DNA of 64,000 nucleotides from Tubiluchus corallicola (lineage: Eukaryota; Animalia; Priapulida), in assembly GCA_030141605.1 (NCBI GenBank), contig JAQGDQ010000206.1:310001-374000 (forward strand), in the 5' to 3' direction. The number at the start of each line of letters is the position of its first letter. Within the stretch, counting starts at the first letter, position 1. The notes under the pieces are model-generated. The model worked only from the letters and a program-made list of their open reading frames with translations, was not told the DNA's origin and ran no database searches. Made by a program: the position numbers and the translations under genes. Below are positions 39,602 through 50,940 of this stretch, piece after piece.

Positions 39602-40349
39602 CACTAAGTAACTGATTCAGCTTCAACCGAGCTAGCTGATTTACTGTGTGAGTCAGCTGAGGTAGTAGCAACTGACTCAGCTTCAGCCGAGTTAGCTGAT
39701 TTACTGTGTGAGTCAGCTGATGTAGTAGCAACTGACGACTTAGCTTCAGTCGAGCTAGCTGGTTTACTGTGCGAGTCAGCTGATATAGAGGCAACTGACT
39801 CAGCTTCAGATGAGCTAGCTGATTTACTGTGTAAGTCAGCTGATGTAGTAGCAACTGACTCAGCTTCAGCCAAGCTAGCTGATTTACTGTGTGAGTCAGC
39901 TGATGTAGTAGTAACTGACTCAGCTTCAACCGAGCTAGCTGATTTACTGTGTGAGTCAGCTGATGTAGTAGCAACTGACTCAACTTCAGCCAAACTCGTT
40001 GATTTACTGTGTGAGTCAGCTGATGTAGTAGTAACTGACTCAGCTTCAACCGAGCTAGCTGATTTACTGTGTGAGTCAGCTGATGTAGTAGCACCTAACT
40101 CAACTTCAGCCAAGCTCGTTGATTTACTGTGTGAGTCAGCTGATGTAGTAGTAACTGACTCAGCTTCAACCGAGCTAGCTGATTTACTGTGTGAGTCAGC
40201 TGGTGTAGTAGCAACTGACTCAGCTTCAACCGAGCTAGCTGATTTACTGTGTGAGTCAGCTGATGTAGTAGTAACTGACTCAGCTTCAGCCGAGCTAGCT
40301 GATTTACTGTGTGAGTCAGCTGATGTAGTAGTAACTGACTCAGCTTCGG
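39602..40349. repeat. 60-bp minisatellite, ~12 copies
   Basis: Unit TGATGTAGTAGTAACTGACTCAGCTTCAACCGAGCTAGCTGATTTACTGTGTGAGTCAGC. Confidence 0.95.
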
Positions 40350-40403
40350 CCTCTATTTATACTAACTTGTTTATTCTTGCTAAATGATGTCGTCTCGTTT
40401 CAG

Positions 40404-40487
40404 TAACGTGGTGGAAAAGTGTGTTTCCCACTCTTCACGAGGAGAAAGAGCAATGCTGATTGATGAGGTCTGCAATGGTCAGGACGG
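40404..40487 (+). CDS. pum: pumilio exon, PUF repeat 7
   Basis: [24 protein letters not shown]; phase 2-2. Confidence 0.96.
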
Positions 40488-41180
40488 GTAAATGTCTTGG
40501 AAATATTTTACTTTAAACGCTTTGTCAGTTTTTACATAAAAGTCAGTGAGTTTCCCACTGTCTGCTGCCAAATCGTTTCACTTATGTGTACTACTGATAC
40601 GTATAAGCTGCATCACTGAAGTTTCTAAACCTCGTGAATGTAGATTACAGTCTTAACAGATACAAATTTTATACAAAGATTTCCCGTGGTGGAAGAATAC
40701 TCGTGCGTAAATGTAACGTAGTTTCTTGTATTGTGGCCAAAAAGTCATTTCTTTTTTACTCTGGTATAGCTGGTAGCCACATTCCGCATAATGCACACCA
40801 TTTTTTTTATTTTTGGCAAGAGATACTATATTAGTTGTTTTAATGTAACAGCGAAATTAGCTGAGACTTCAAAGCTGGGTGCTGCGCATATTGCTTCAGT
40901 ATAAACCTGTTTCTGAAAATTTGAATTTTGCTTATAATTTATGTTACTGTGCACAGCTAGCAATTACCACTATAAACAAAAGTTTAGAGGAATTTTTAGA
41001 GCTTGAAAAGATCTGTGTGTGCGTGTAGCACATTTCCAAAAAAAATCTACAAATAGCTAAAAAAGTGAGCATTTTGCGTAGTCGTTAGAGAAATCCTTGT
41101 TTTTGTTGAAATATGAGAGAGAGTTCTCCTGAGACTTGTCATCATTAACAGAAAAAACCAACCTAATTGGTTGTGTCAAA

Positions 41181-41343
41181 GATTATAATATTTATTCGGT
41201 AGCTTTCGCCCTATTGGGCATCATCATGTAAGTGCTGTTAACTTGAGGGCGGTTACACTTGTTAGACGCTCAAGTTACCAGGCACTTTCTATTCAGCTGA
41301 CGAGTCCTGCCAGGACAAAAGCTGCTGAATAAATATTATAATC
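41181..41343. mobile_element. short palindromic MITE-like element
   Basis: GATTATAATATTTATTCGGTAGCTTT ... AAAGCTGCTGAATAAATATTATAATC. Confidence 0.7.
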
Positions 41344-41602
41344 AGTGAGACTATAAAGGGTTTTTCTCTGTGAAATCCATGTTTTTTAAGACGTAGCTTC
41401 CAAGCGTTAATACTGAATTCGAATTCGATTTCTGGTAGTGTATATTATATTCCACTGCTTGACGGAGATGATGCAAACGTAAGTCCGTGTTTCACCTGAC
41501 TAGAGATGATTACGCTGTTGACTTTCTGATCCGACATTTTTCCTCGTGTTGCATACATACGCCGTTAAGACGGCGCTAATTTTTACGACTTGTTTGTTAC
41601 AG

Positions 41603-41837
41603 TGCGCACAGTGCCTTATATACCATGATGAAGGATCAGTTTGCAAACTACGTCGTGCAGAAGATGATCGACGTGGCCGAGCCGGCACAGCGCAAGATCC
41701 TTATGCATAAGATCCGTCCGCACGTTGCCACCCTGCGCAAGTACACCTATGGCAAACACATTCTGGCGAAACTGGAGAAGTTCTTCATGAAGACCGGCGC
41801 CGACTTGGGCCCGATTGGTCCGCCGAACGGACTGTAA
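41603..41837 (+). CDS. pum: pumilio last coding exon, PUF repeat 8 and C-terminus
   Basis: [22 protein letters not shown]...[16 protein letters not shown]...[14 protein letters not shown]. Confidence 0.97.
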
Positions 41838-42240
41838 CGTCACCGAGCGTCGTCGTTTGTATCCCGTACGAGTAGTTGGGGTTAGAGTGGTGACGGTAGC
41901 GCAGTATTCGTATCCGTTTTTTTGTCATTTCGCTGCTGTTTTTTGTCTGTTTTTAAAAGTGAGCTCACACCGTAAATCTTCACGTTCTATTCGTTTGCCT
42001 GTGTACACAAGAAAGTGCTCTGGTTTTGCTTGCCGGTGGATACTTGCACAGTTAATCACCGACTTGAGAAAATTCGCCTACATATTTAAGGCTAATTCGT
42101 TGGCGGATTTACGTGGAATCGTTCAATTTAATTTATTCTTTTGTCATCATTTGCAAAAGTACATCACGTGGATGTACAATTTTCATGATGTTTCATTGAA
42201 GTATAATTGTGGAGGTCGAAAAACGTAAGTTGTCCTCATC

Positions 42241-42340
42241 ACATTACTCTTAATGGCTTCACATTACTCTTAATGGCTTCACATTACTCTTAATGGCTTC
42301 ACATTACTCTTAATGGCTTCACATTACTCTTAATGGCTTC
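42241..42340. repeat. perfect 5 x 20-bp tandem repeat in the pumilio 3' UTR
   Basis: ACATTACTCTTAATGGCTTC x5. Confidence 0.97.
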
Positions 42341-42956
42341 GCCCAAGAATTTGACCGTTTCATGCATTACAATTTGCCTTTGAGTTATCTGCACCGCAGA
42401 GTATAAACGAATTGCTATTGGTATCGTATGAAAAGAAATTTGCCAGGCAGTTACTATTGTCTCTTGAACGTCGTCCTTGCTTTGTTGATTTATTCATCTA
42501 TTCTGAGTTATTCGCTTATTTTGCAAACATTGTTAGACGATTCTTATCACATATCACTGCAAACTATCTTTACATCAGCTGTGTCTCGCAATCTTAAGAA
42601 ATAATTGCTCTGCTGTCAAAGTCGAGCGCCACCCAAAAGATGCTAAGCTCACGAGAGCAGTTCGAGCGGCCGCTACAGGTGGCAGTAGTAGTCGTTCGAG
42701 CTCAACTCGACTTATTTGCCGTGGTATGCATTGGCGTATTTGTAGATTTATTCTAATTATTAGTGTAAAATTATTTATACTAATTGTAAGTTACCGTGTA
42801 CATGTGTAAATTGCTCTTAAATGAATAATCGCCTGTGCTTAAGGCTGAAACTTACCGACACGACTTGACGGCAATTGCTTACAACTTAATTGGTATTTCG
42901 TTCGTTCGTTAAATGTTTGCTGTTCATGAAGTCAGTCAATTGCGGTAGCTGTGATG

Positions 42957-43294
42957 CGGGGCCGGATTATGACCTTTTGGGCCCCTAAGCTAATAAAATT
43001 ACGGGGCCGTCGTCTCACTCGCCCGCACCAATCTTCAATATTTTTCCATTTATATTTTATCAACATAGCTCGAAGTAAACTTATTGTAAATAATTTAAAT
43101 AAACTAGAATAGCTGTCTTTTGTTGTCAATGAAAACATTCTTTGAGAAACAACTGCAAACCAAATTAGCTCACATTTCGACACAACTGAAGCGAAAAAAC
43201 ATTTTTTACCAAATGTTTCCTACTCTTGAGCTCGCCCAAGCTTGAGAGCTCCTAGGCTGTAGCCTATGCTAACCTATAGTATAATCCGGCCCTG
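42957..43294. mobile_element. hAT-like MITE in the pumilio 3' UTR
   Basis: CGGGGCCGGATTAT ... ATAATCCGGCCCTG; 8-bp TSD CTGTGATG/CTTTGATG. Confidence 0.82.
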
Positions 43295-45522
43295 CTTTGA
43301 TGCTAATATACGGATCGTTTACCGGTCATTTGTCTCGGTGGACAAATTGCCCGCTTTCTGAACTTTCAAAATCAGCACGAGTGCTTTTGTTCAGCAACTA
43401 CCGCAGGTCGTGGTTTGGTCTGTAAATTTATGTAACACTACAGCCTGTTTGTATAATAATTCTCCTGTTTTCTTATCTGTGCCGTGTCGTGACACGCGCC
43501 TGTATGTAAGTGGCTATTGTAATAAATCTATCCTGCCTGTAATATACGCTCTGGCCGCGGTTTGTACAAATGTAGATATAAAACGAATCTATCTTAGACC
43601 GGGCGCAAACTCGTTTGTAATTATGTTAATGAGGTCAGTCAGATTTCGCCGTAGCGCGTCCGAGCACGCCGCTTTGGCCTTTCGGTTTTTTTTGTAAAGT
43701 GTAAATACTTTTCTGGAGAGTATAAAACTAACTATATCTTTATTTTTGCAACTAGCCCTTGTATAAAAACTCCTTCTTTCGGTGCTGTATACCAGCCTAG
43801 CTGTCATCGTGTACTTTTTTCACAGACTAAGACATTAACATGTAACATGCACCCTTGTAACTTGTACAGTCTGATTTTTGAGTGACACCTGGCACTCCCT
43901 GGTGCTAGTTTGCTGAAACTAACGCAGAGTTTTACCACTAACATCCGCAAAACTAATGCGTATTCGAACTTTTGAATCTTACAATTTTTGAAAGGTATTC
44001 TATTGAGTGGAGTCGTGCTGGGTTTTTAACGCATAAAATCTATTTGTCCATCATCTGAGCTCATAATCATAAACACTTGTTTTTCTCATTTCTAATATAA
44101 TAAAACACTTAAGTTTAAATAATTAAATGTTGGCATTTAATAATATATATCATGCAATAGTCGATGCTGTGACGTATTTTATAATCATATTTTGTCGCTT
44201 TGTGTAAAACCGTTAATTTTCATGCTTTAGCAGACGAGGCAATATGGGTAATCATATCCTTTGGATGTTGCATGTGCCGTTGATGGTGTCCAGTTGTAGT
44301 AGTTTTTCTTTTCGCTTAATTATATATATGTATAAGTAGATCTATGTATATGTAATCTATATATATTATAAACTAGTACATACTACGTAATACAACGATT
44401 CGCTTGCTGGCTGCGGTTGTTCTTAAGTTTATTTTGTCGTGCGTTTGCTATACAGACAAGTATGTGTGTGTAATGTAGTCGAGTCATAATGTCATAGTCA
44501 TTTAATGATATGAATTGTAAACAAATATATTTAGCATGCAATTTATAAAGGAAGTTTGTATAATTGTAGATTGAGACCGCTTTGGGTGTTTTTGTACACA
44601 TTTGTAAATGTAAAATTTAATGATTTATTAAGTGATTAAACGGTATGCATTAACGTTGTGTGGTGGTAATGTATATATTATTAATAATTAATAACGCGTA
44701 GAGAGTGAGCTAGCCAAAATGAAATGTTCGTTGACCGTGGTTCGGGTGCAGCCTGACCGGCCTTTTTTTGATTATTCGATTAAATTGTGTAATAAGTATC
44801 ATTTAGACTTTTTAGCTAGTTGTAATATTTTCTTGTGAATCCTTGCTAGAGTCGAATTCGAATGAAATTGAAAAACGGTTAAAGAATTAAAATTCCGGTG
44901 GCAAATTTACATAAAGAAGTCACATCTGGTGTGTATGATTTAGCTAAAACGTTTTTGAAAATACCAAGATGTTTAACATGCTTTCATATCTATCGACATT
45001 CGTACGGATGACAAAACTATTTCATTTTTTTCAATGTTTGTTTTTAAATAACTGCAAGGCTTGTGTGAAATTTATATGCAATGTTTGGAGAAAGCTAAAA
45101 TTGTATTGTCGTCTTCTGTGCATTCGTTATCACGAATTTTTAGCATTCTGTTGTTTCCATGTACAATCACTGTACGTACACGTACGGCTGTGCGGTGAGT
45201 TTTGTAAGCTAGCTTCACCTGTCTGATAATAGCAACCAATTCTGATTGGTTATAGTGCAGAAATAGTCATTTTCTGATTGGTTATTGTGTAGAGATCGTC
45301 TGATTGGTTAAATTGCCATCCTGTAGATTTTGTTTTTACTGTAAATTGTGTACAGCGTACTCTCTCAGTCTGAAGAATTGTACATGACTGTGTAACTACG
45401 ATTATGCTTGAATACAGCCAATAAAAATTTCCCATTTGGATTGAATGCTCGCAGTTGATTTGATTTCGTTTCTCATTGTTGAATTATACACACATTATAA
45501 GCCATAAAACTTTTCTATATTA

Positions 45523-46023
45523 CAGTCAACCTCGGATGTAAGGGACACCTCCGGACCCGGCAAAAATCGTATCCGATGTCCCTTATAGCCGAAGTTGAGT
45601 CAGACCGAGGGTGCATCTAGATCAGCGAGCTCTATATACCTCATCTGGTAGCCTAATGCCAAATGAACCGTTTGTCGCAATGTATGTAATATACCGATTT
45701 AATGCAAGCATCATTGCAGCCACAAGACCGGACCATACTCCAAAGTAACACAGTCGGGCCCGTGTGGGGTCTCTCGGCATTTTTAGGATGTAAAAAATAT
45801 TTGATCATAAGATTCCTTATATGTGAGGTAATTTACCTGGGTTTCTATTACATGGGACTTGAAGATATCGTCCCTTAAAACAGAAATTCCCTTATATCCG
45901 AGTACCTCATATACGAAGATTTTTACATGGGGAAAAACGTTACGAAAAGTCGGGACCGGTGTTGGTGGTCCCTTATAAGTGAGTGTCCCTTACATCTGAG
46001 TACCTTATACCCGAGGTTGACTA
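45523..46023. mobile_element. pogo/Tigger-like MITE
   Basis: TA|CAGTCAACCTCGG ... CCGAGGTTGACT with subterminal CCCTTATA repeats. Confidence 0.82.
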
Positions 46024-47160
46024 TTTTATTGTTGATGTTATCACGACTGTTTTAATGTTTGGGATTTGCATCAACTATTTTATACAGACAATTATTCAGT
46101 TTAGCTAATCTAAATTTGCTTCACCTAATTTGATACAACAGTAACATTGCTGTATTGCGGATAACATATCTGATGCAGAGTGATTTATTGGAATTAGTCT
46201 GAATGCTTTGTGGGAGGTAACCATTGTGCCGTATGCTTCGCGTGAACAGTTCATCACTCGGCGTGAATGGTTTCAGTCGTCAGGCTAGGTTCCAGTAATA
46301 CCACAAGCACTGCACTTAAATGGTCATACAAAAAAGATAACATAGCAACAGCCTAGAGTACTATTGGCTAAATTAACTTAAAAATCGATAACAAAAAAAC
46401 TATTTTCACTAATTCAGATGACAATGATTACTTTATTAATATCTGTGTGGAAATTCACTTGGACAATAACAATGCATTTTGTTTTTTTTTGTTAATCTTG
46501 TATCATTGTAATCTTGTCGCCAGTACACTGTAATTATGTGGCACAAAATTTTAGCACAATAGCAACAGAAAAAATTTAGAAACAATGAGATATCCTGAAG
46601 TTTTAGCCAACATGCTTATTTTGGTCTCTAATAAAAACCCCTATTCAAGTTTCACTCAGATGACCATTTCATTACAATTACAAACGATTGTCCATTTATC
46701 ATTCACATTAATAACTGACTTGCCTAAATATGTAATTCCTGGCCATGGTACCATTGCAATCAATATTACATCATAACAGATGCATACCCCTGCTGCTGCG
46801 AATTTCTATAGTATGTACAAGCTAAAAATAGCAAAAAATGTCAGTAGCAAATCCTTCCTTAATACCCCTCATTGTCATGCAATATTCATTCACTGTTTTG
46901 CAGCCTTTAGTCAGGCAAGATAGGCATAATTCCTTACAAATTACAGTAATCTCCGCATAATTTGGATGGCTAGGAAACAATGAAATCGTCCGAGTTGCGC
47001 AACAAAGCCGAGTTCGGCAAAGATGCGTGTTCGTGTATTCATTTTCTCGATGGATGCACAGCGTGCTTGCATGTAGCTAGCTTGGTTCATGGCCAAATGT
47101 TACCTAGTTTAGTTTAAAATTATTAATTGTTGACTGATTCCGTTTGTTTTGAATAATTTA

Positions 47161-47950
47161 TTAAAAACGCCCAGCACTAATGGTTGGCAGTTGTAGGCCC
47201 ACAACATCTTAGCTCAAGATCGAACCGCCCAATTATCATAATTGAAAAATCAGCAAACTCTACACACTCCTTGAGCACGCACTATATTTGCCATGAAAGA
47301 CAGTCAGTTAGGGCCTACTGAAACCAACAGTGAAAGATTAAGCAGTAGTCATATAACTGCATAAAACCGAGTTACTCAGCTACATAATTGCAGTTACTCA
47401 GAATGTTCTGCTTTGTATTTTTATTAAAAATGCCCAGCACTAATGGTTGGCAGTTGTAGGCCCACAGCATCTTAGCTCAAGATCGAACCGCCCAATTATC
47501 GTAATTGAAAAATCAACAAACTCTACACACTCGTTGAGCGCGCACTATATTTGCCGTGAAAGACAGTCAGTTAGGGCCTACTGAAACCAACAGTGAAAGA
47601 TTAAGCAGTAGTCATATAACTGCATAAAACCGAGTTACTCAGCTACATAATTGCAGTTACTCAGAATATTCTGCTTTGTATTTTTATTAAAAATGCCCAG
47701 TACTAATGGTTGGCAGTTGTAGGCCCACAGCATCTTAGCTCAAGATCGAACCGCCCAATTATCGTAATTGAAAAATCAACAAACTCTACACACTCGTTGA
47801 GCGCGCACTATATTTGCCGTGAAAGACAGTCAGTTAGGGCCTACTGAAACCAACAGTGAAAGATCAAGCAGTAGTCATATAACTGCATAAAACCGAGTTA
47901 CTCAGCTACATAACTGCAGTTACTCAGAATTTTCTGGTTTGTTTTTATAA
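47161..47950. repeat. tandem triplication, 3 x 263 bp
   Basis: TTAAAAAYGCCCAGYACTAATGG at 47161, 47424, 47687. Confidence 0.93.
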
Positions 47951-48504
47951 AAAGGGTAGTAGAATCATTGAATTACTAGTTCGCGTATTCCTCGGGAAAC
48001 AAGACAAGTTACATGTGTCATGTGCGTAAACAATGATAGTTCTTACTGATTACTTTTCTCATCATTTTACACCGCTACTGACGGGACAGCCGGGGAAGAC
48101 TGCATTCATTGTATCGACAATGTTTCTGCGTGTCAAAGATGAGCAGAGCAAATACAATGGGTTCTGCGTAAATTGTTCCTCTAAAATATATGTAATTCGG
48201 GGACATACACAGTTATAAATACAGACTTTTGCGATTGCCTTAAGCATTATGATATAAGGAAACAAATCCGTTCTACAAAATCTGTCTGACACCAACATTC
48301 TTGGGGCCCCTTCAATCAAGCTTTCATTCTTATACCAATTCATTAACTTTAGCAATTAGTGAGGTCACAAAATTATTTTCAAGCTTGACAGTTCTCATGG
48401 TTTTGTTAACTCCAAATACGCTCATTTTAATGCTGTTAATGTCAGCTCCACTACAATGTTTTCTTCTGCATGTAGAGATTCACCAGTTTCAATATTCCAT
48501 ACGC

Positions 48505-50940
48505 CTACAATGATCTCTTGTATTTGCCTTTCTTTGCTTTCTCAGTGCCGGTTTGTTCGGCTTCAGACAAAGCCTTGCGTCCTCCACGTTTGTCGACCTC
48601 CTCTTTGTCCGATCCTTCCGACTTCCTCGCATCCTTTCCCCGATCTCTGAGCACCTTGGAGTCGAGCGACTGCGACACTAACTGCGTCGCCAGGAAATCT
48701 TGAATGTGCTGAATGACATCAGCCTGCATTTCCTTTGCCATGGCAAATACCGGCTGATCGCGATTGTTGTACATGATCGCATTTTCGAACATGATCATCA
48801 TGTCTCGCTGAAACTCGATGGTCGAACGGATGACGCCGGTCTCGATGTTTCTCTTGATGGTCGTCAAGTCCGTCGGCTTGTGAACAACAGAACTGTAACC
48901 AGGAGCCACGTCATCCGTTACTGGGTGCAGAAAGACACTAGCATACTTGTGATTTGCTGCAGATCTCCACACCAGCATTATCGAGCGCTTCCAGGCTTTT
49001 AGATCGCGAGGTGTTGAAGCACCGTCGCCATGGATACCAGAAGCGGGACTGCCCGGTAACGACTCTACCAGCAAATCCCTTTTTTGCACACTATCGTCAC
49101 TCTCAAGTGGACCCATTTCGTTGTCAACTTGCTGGCTTCGCAAGCGAGTAGAAATAAATTCAGACTTTGCCTCTTCTGCCGCCTTTTCCTCTCCCGGTGT
49201 GCTGTCCCTCTTTCCCACAACACCGGCAGCACCAGGGCCTTTCCTTTTTCTAGGTCGTCCCCTGCCTTTGGACGGTTGCACATCAGCTTCACTCACTTTA
49301 GACGAAACACTGCTTGCTGGGGAGGAGGGCTCAATTCTTCCAGATATTATGCTCTCAACAATATTAAATGAAACTTTGGAATCAGTTTCTTCTTTTGCTT
49401 GACTTGCATTAGTCTTACTCGTTTCGTGTACAGTTTCTCGGACAACCGCTGTTTCATTCTCTCCTTTTTCTATTTCAGATAAAACTGAATTATCACCACC
49501 TGCTATTACCTCCTTCAAATTACCAACTTCAATTTCCATTTCTTTCTTTTGGTTTTCTCGCTCATCTGCAAGTGTCTTATCTGACTGCGATGAGGCAGCA
49601 GAATGCAAAGCGACACTTTCTTCTTCGGAAAGTCTACTCGTGTCTTTTGCAGTTGTTGCTGTTGTTGTAGTCGTCGTCACTGTGGTCGATGTGGATGCTG
49701 TTACTGTAGTCGTTGTTATTGTTGTTTCAACTTGTTCTAATGCAGAAGATGAAGTCGCAGACACAACTGCCACTAATGCGTCAACTTCAATTTTTGGTAG
49801 ACTGTCCTGCGTTATCTCCGCTGGACATGTTGGGGTTCCAGCAGTTGCTATGGAGACTGTCGAAACTGGCAATGCTCTTGTCACTTCCTTAGTTGTACTC
49901 ATTGCAGTAGAGGCGGCATCTTGTGCCAAAGGTTCGGCTTGCTTAGTCTCGGAAATGGTTTGGTGTTCTACATGAGTTACTTCACTGGTAACGATGGAAC
50001 TTGGAATCACTAACTTCGCCTGGTTTGTCTTTATGGGAGAATCTAGCAGCTGTACAAGCGTAGGTGAACTAGCCAGGACAGGAGAGCTTGCAGCCGGAGT
50101 GGACGGCCTCGTAGACGACTTCTTTGGTGGTGTCACGTGCTCATCAGTTCTGAGATGTAACTGGTCATTGACAGCAGTGCTCATGTTATGTTCAGTGGGA
50201 GGAAAGGGCGGCTTGCTCATCAGTAAGGAGGAAAGCAGCGGCGAGTGTGGGGGCGTCTTCTTCACAGGTTGTACTGTCCAGGAAATGTCATTCACCACGC
50301 CTTGCTGACTAGATTCGTCGTCGGTGATCTCAACAGACAAAGGTTCGCTTAAAGGAGATTCTGCCGCCGAAGAGCTGTCGTCAAATTGCTGGGCTCCTCC
50401 CGTGAATTTCTTTGCCTCTTCTGTGCTGGCTTTGTGCTCTTCGACCGCTAATCTATGAGCTTCGGCCAGTTCTTCAGCTGCCTGTTGCTGTTTCACGATC
50501 TCTTCGTACATGTCCTTCAGCTTATCGTCGAGATTTCCGGCCCATATCTGTTCCATCTCGTCTTTTAAACGTTTGTAACACCTCTGCTCCTCCTGCACCA
50601 ACTTCTTGAGCTCCTCTATTCGGTCCTGAGTGAGCCTTCGCACGATCATGTCCACGGGAGTCTCGGCTGCGTCCGGTTTATCGGCACCCTTCTCAATCCT
50701 TTTTCGCTTGCATTTGGGCGAATCGACAGTTTCCAGCAAATATGAGTACTGCAGCGCGCAATTCTTCTGCGAAAACCAGTCGGGTTTCCTTTGCGGTTCT
50801 GCAAAGGGCTTGATGGCTCTGCTCACGCCTACCCAGTTTTGATCACCACTTCTAGCGACTGAAGAAGCCAAACAAAGTTGTTCTCTTGTTGACCACTGGT
50901 CAGGAGTAAGCTTGCGAATGACAAATTTTTGGGAAGCCAT
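48505..50940 (-). CDS. BRD8: bromodomain-containing protein 8 (NuA4/TIP60 subunit), 811 aa, single coding exon
   Basis: N-terminal WSTREQLCLASSVARSGDQNWVGVSRAIKPFAEP..PDWFSQK is the BRD8 signature, followed by a coiled coil; C-terminal bromodomain WKRSIMLVWRSAANHKYASVFLHPVTDDVAPGY...NAIMYN; uninterrupted ORF. Confidence 0.96.
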   Translation of the reverse strand: MASQKFVIRKLTPDQWSTREQLCLASSVARSGDQNWVGVSRAIKPFAEPQRKPDWFSQKNCALQYSYLLETVDSPKCKRKRIEKGADKPDAAETPVDMIVRRLTQDRIEELKKLVQEEQRCYKRLKDEMEQIWAGNLDDKLKDMYEEIVKQQQAAEELAEAHRLAVEEHKASTEEAKKFTGGAQQFDDSSSAAESPLSEPLSVEITDDESSQQGVVNDISWTVQPVKKTPPHSPLLSSLLMSKPPFPPTEHNMSTAVNDQLHLRTDEHVTPPKKSSTRPSTPAASSPVLASSPTLVQLLDSPIKTNQAKLVIPSSIVTSEVTHVEHQTISETKQAEPLAQDAASTAMSTTKEVTRALPVSTVSIATAGTPTCPAEITQDSLPKIEVDALVAVVSATSSSALEQVETTITTTTVTASTSTTVTTTTTTATTAKDTSRLSEEESVALHSAASSQSDKTLADERENQKKEMEIEVGNLKEVIAGGDNSVLSEIEKGENETAVVRETVHETSKTNASQAKEETDSKVSFNIVESIISGRIEPSSPASSVSSKVSEADVQPSKGRGRPRKRKGPGAAGVVGKRDSTPGEEKAAEEAKSEFISTRLRSQQVDNEMGPLESDDSVQKRDLLVESLPGSPASGIHGDGASTPRDLKAWKRSIMLVWRSAANHKYASVFLHPVTDDVAPGYSSVVHKPTDLTTIKRNIETGVIRSTIEFQRDMMIMFENAIMYNNRDQPVFAMAKEMQADVIQHIQDFLATQLVSQSLDSKVLRDRGKDARKSEGSDKEEVDKRGGRKALSEAEQTGTEKAKKGKYKRSL

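Larger units (their letters stand above)
5540..41837 (+). other. pum: pumilio (PUM1/PUM2-like PUF RNA-binding protein) gene, ATG to stop, 20 predicted coding exons, ~1159 aa
   Basis: Exons with GT-AG boundaries join in consistent phase (sum 3480 nt). N-terminal conserved Pumilio motifs plus a complete 8-repeat PUM-HD with canonical base-recognition residues (S-R-Q, N-Y-Q, C-R-Q, N-H-Q, C-R-Q, N-Y-Q, S-N-E, N-Y-Q), predicting UGUANAUA binding. Confidence 0.96.
41838..45445 (+). other. pum: predicted long pumilio 3' UTR; distal AATAAA at 45420-45425
   Basis: U/UGUA-rich sequence after the stop; AATAAA followed by a U/GU-rich tract; other AATAAA at 43521 and ~44099 could give shorter ends. Confidence 0.55.

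Noticed and set aside
39552-40113. 180-aa and 169-aa repetitive ORFs on the minus strand
   Set aside because: Products of a 60-bp intronic minisatellite; no splice, start or homology context
41815-42228. 137-aa ORF overlapping the pumilio stop, or stop-codon readthrough
   Set aside because: Different frame, no recognisable protein, UTR-like composition; in-frame readthrough would add only ~15 codons with no supporting signal
44254-44262. ATATCCTTT resembling a U12 intron donor
   Set aside because: Lies in the predicted 3' UTR with no matching U12 branch site or acceptor identified; all reconstructed introns are GT-AG
48518-50842. Several plus-strand ORFs antisense to BRD8
   Set aside because: Shadow ORFs of a long coding exon
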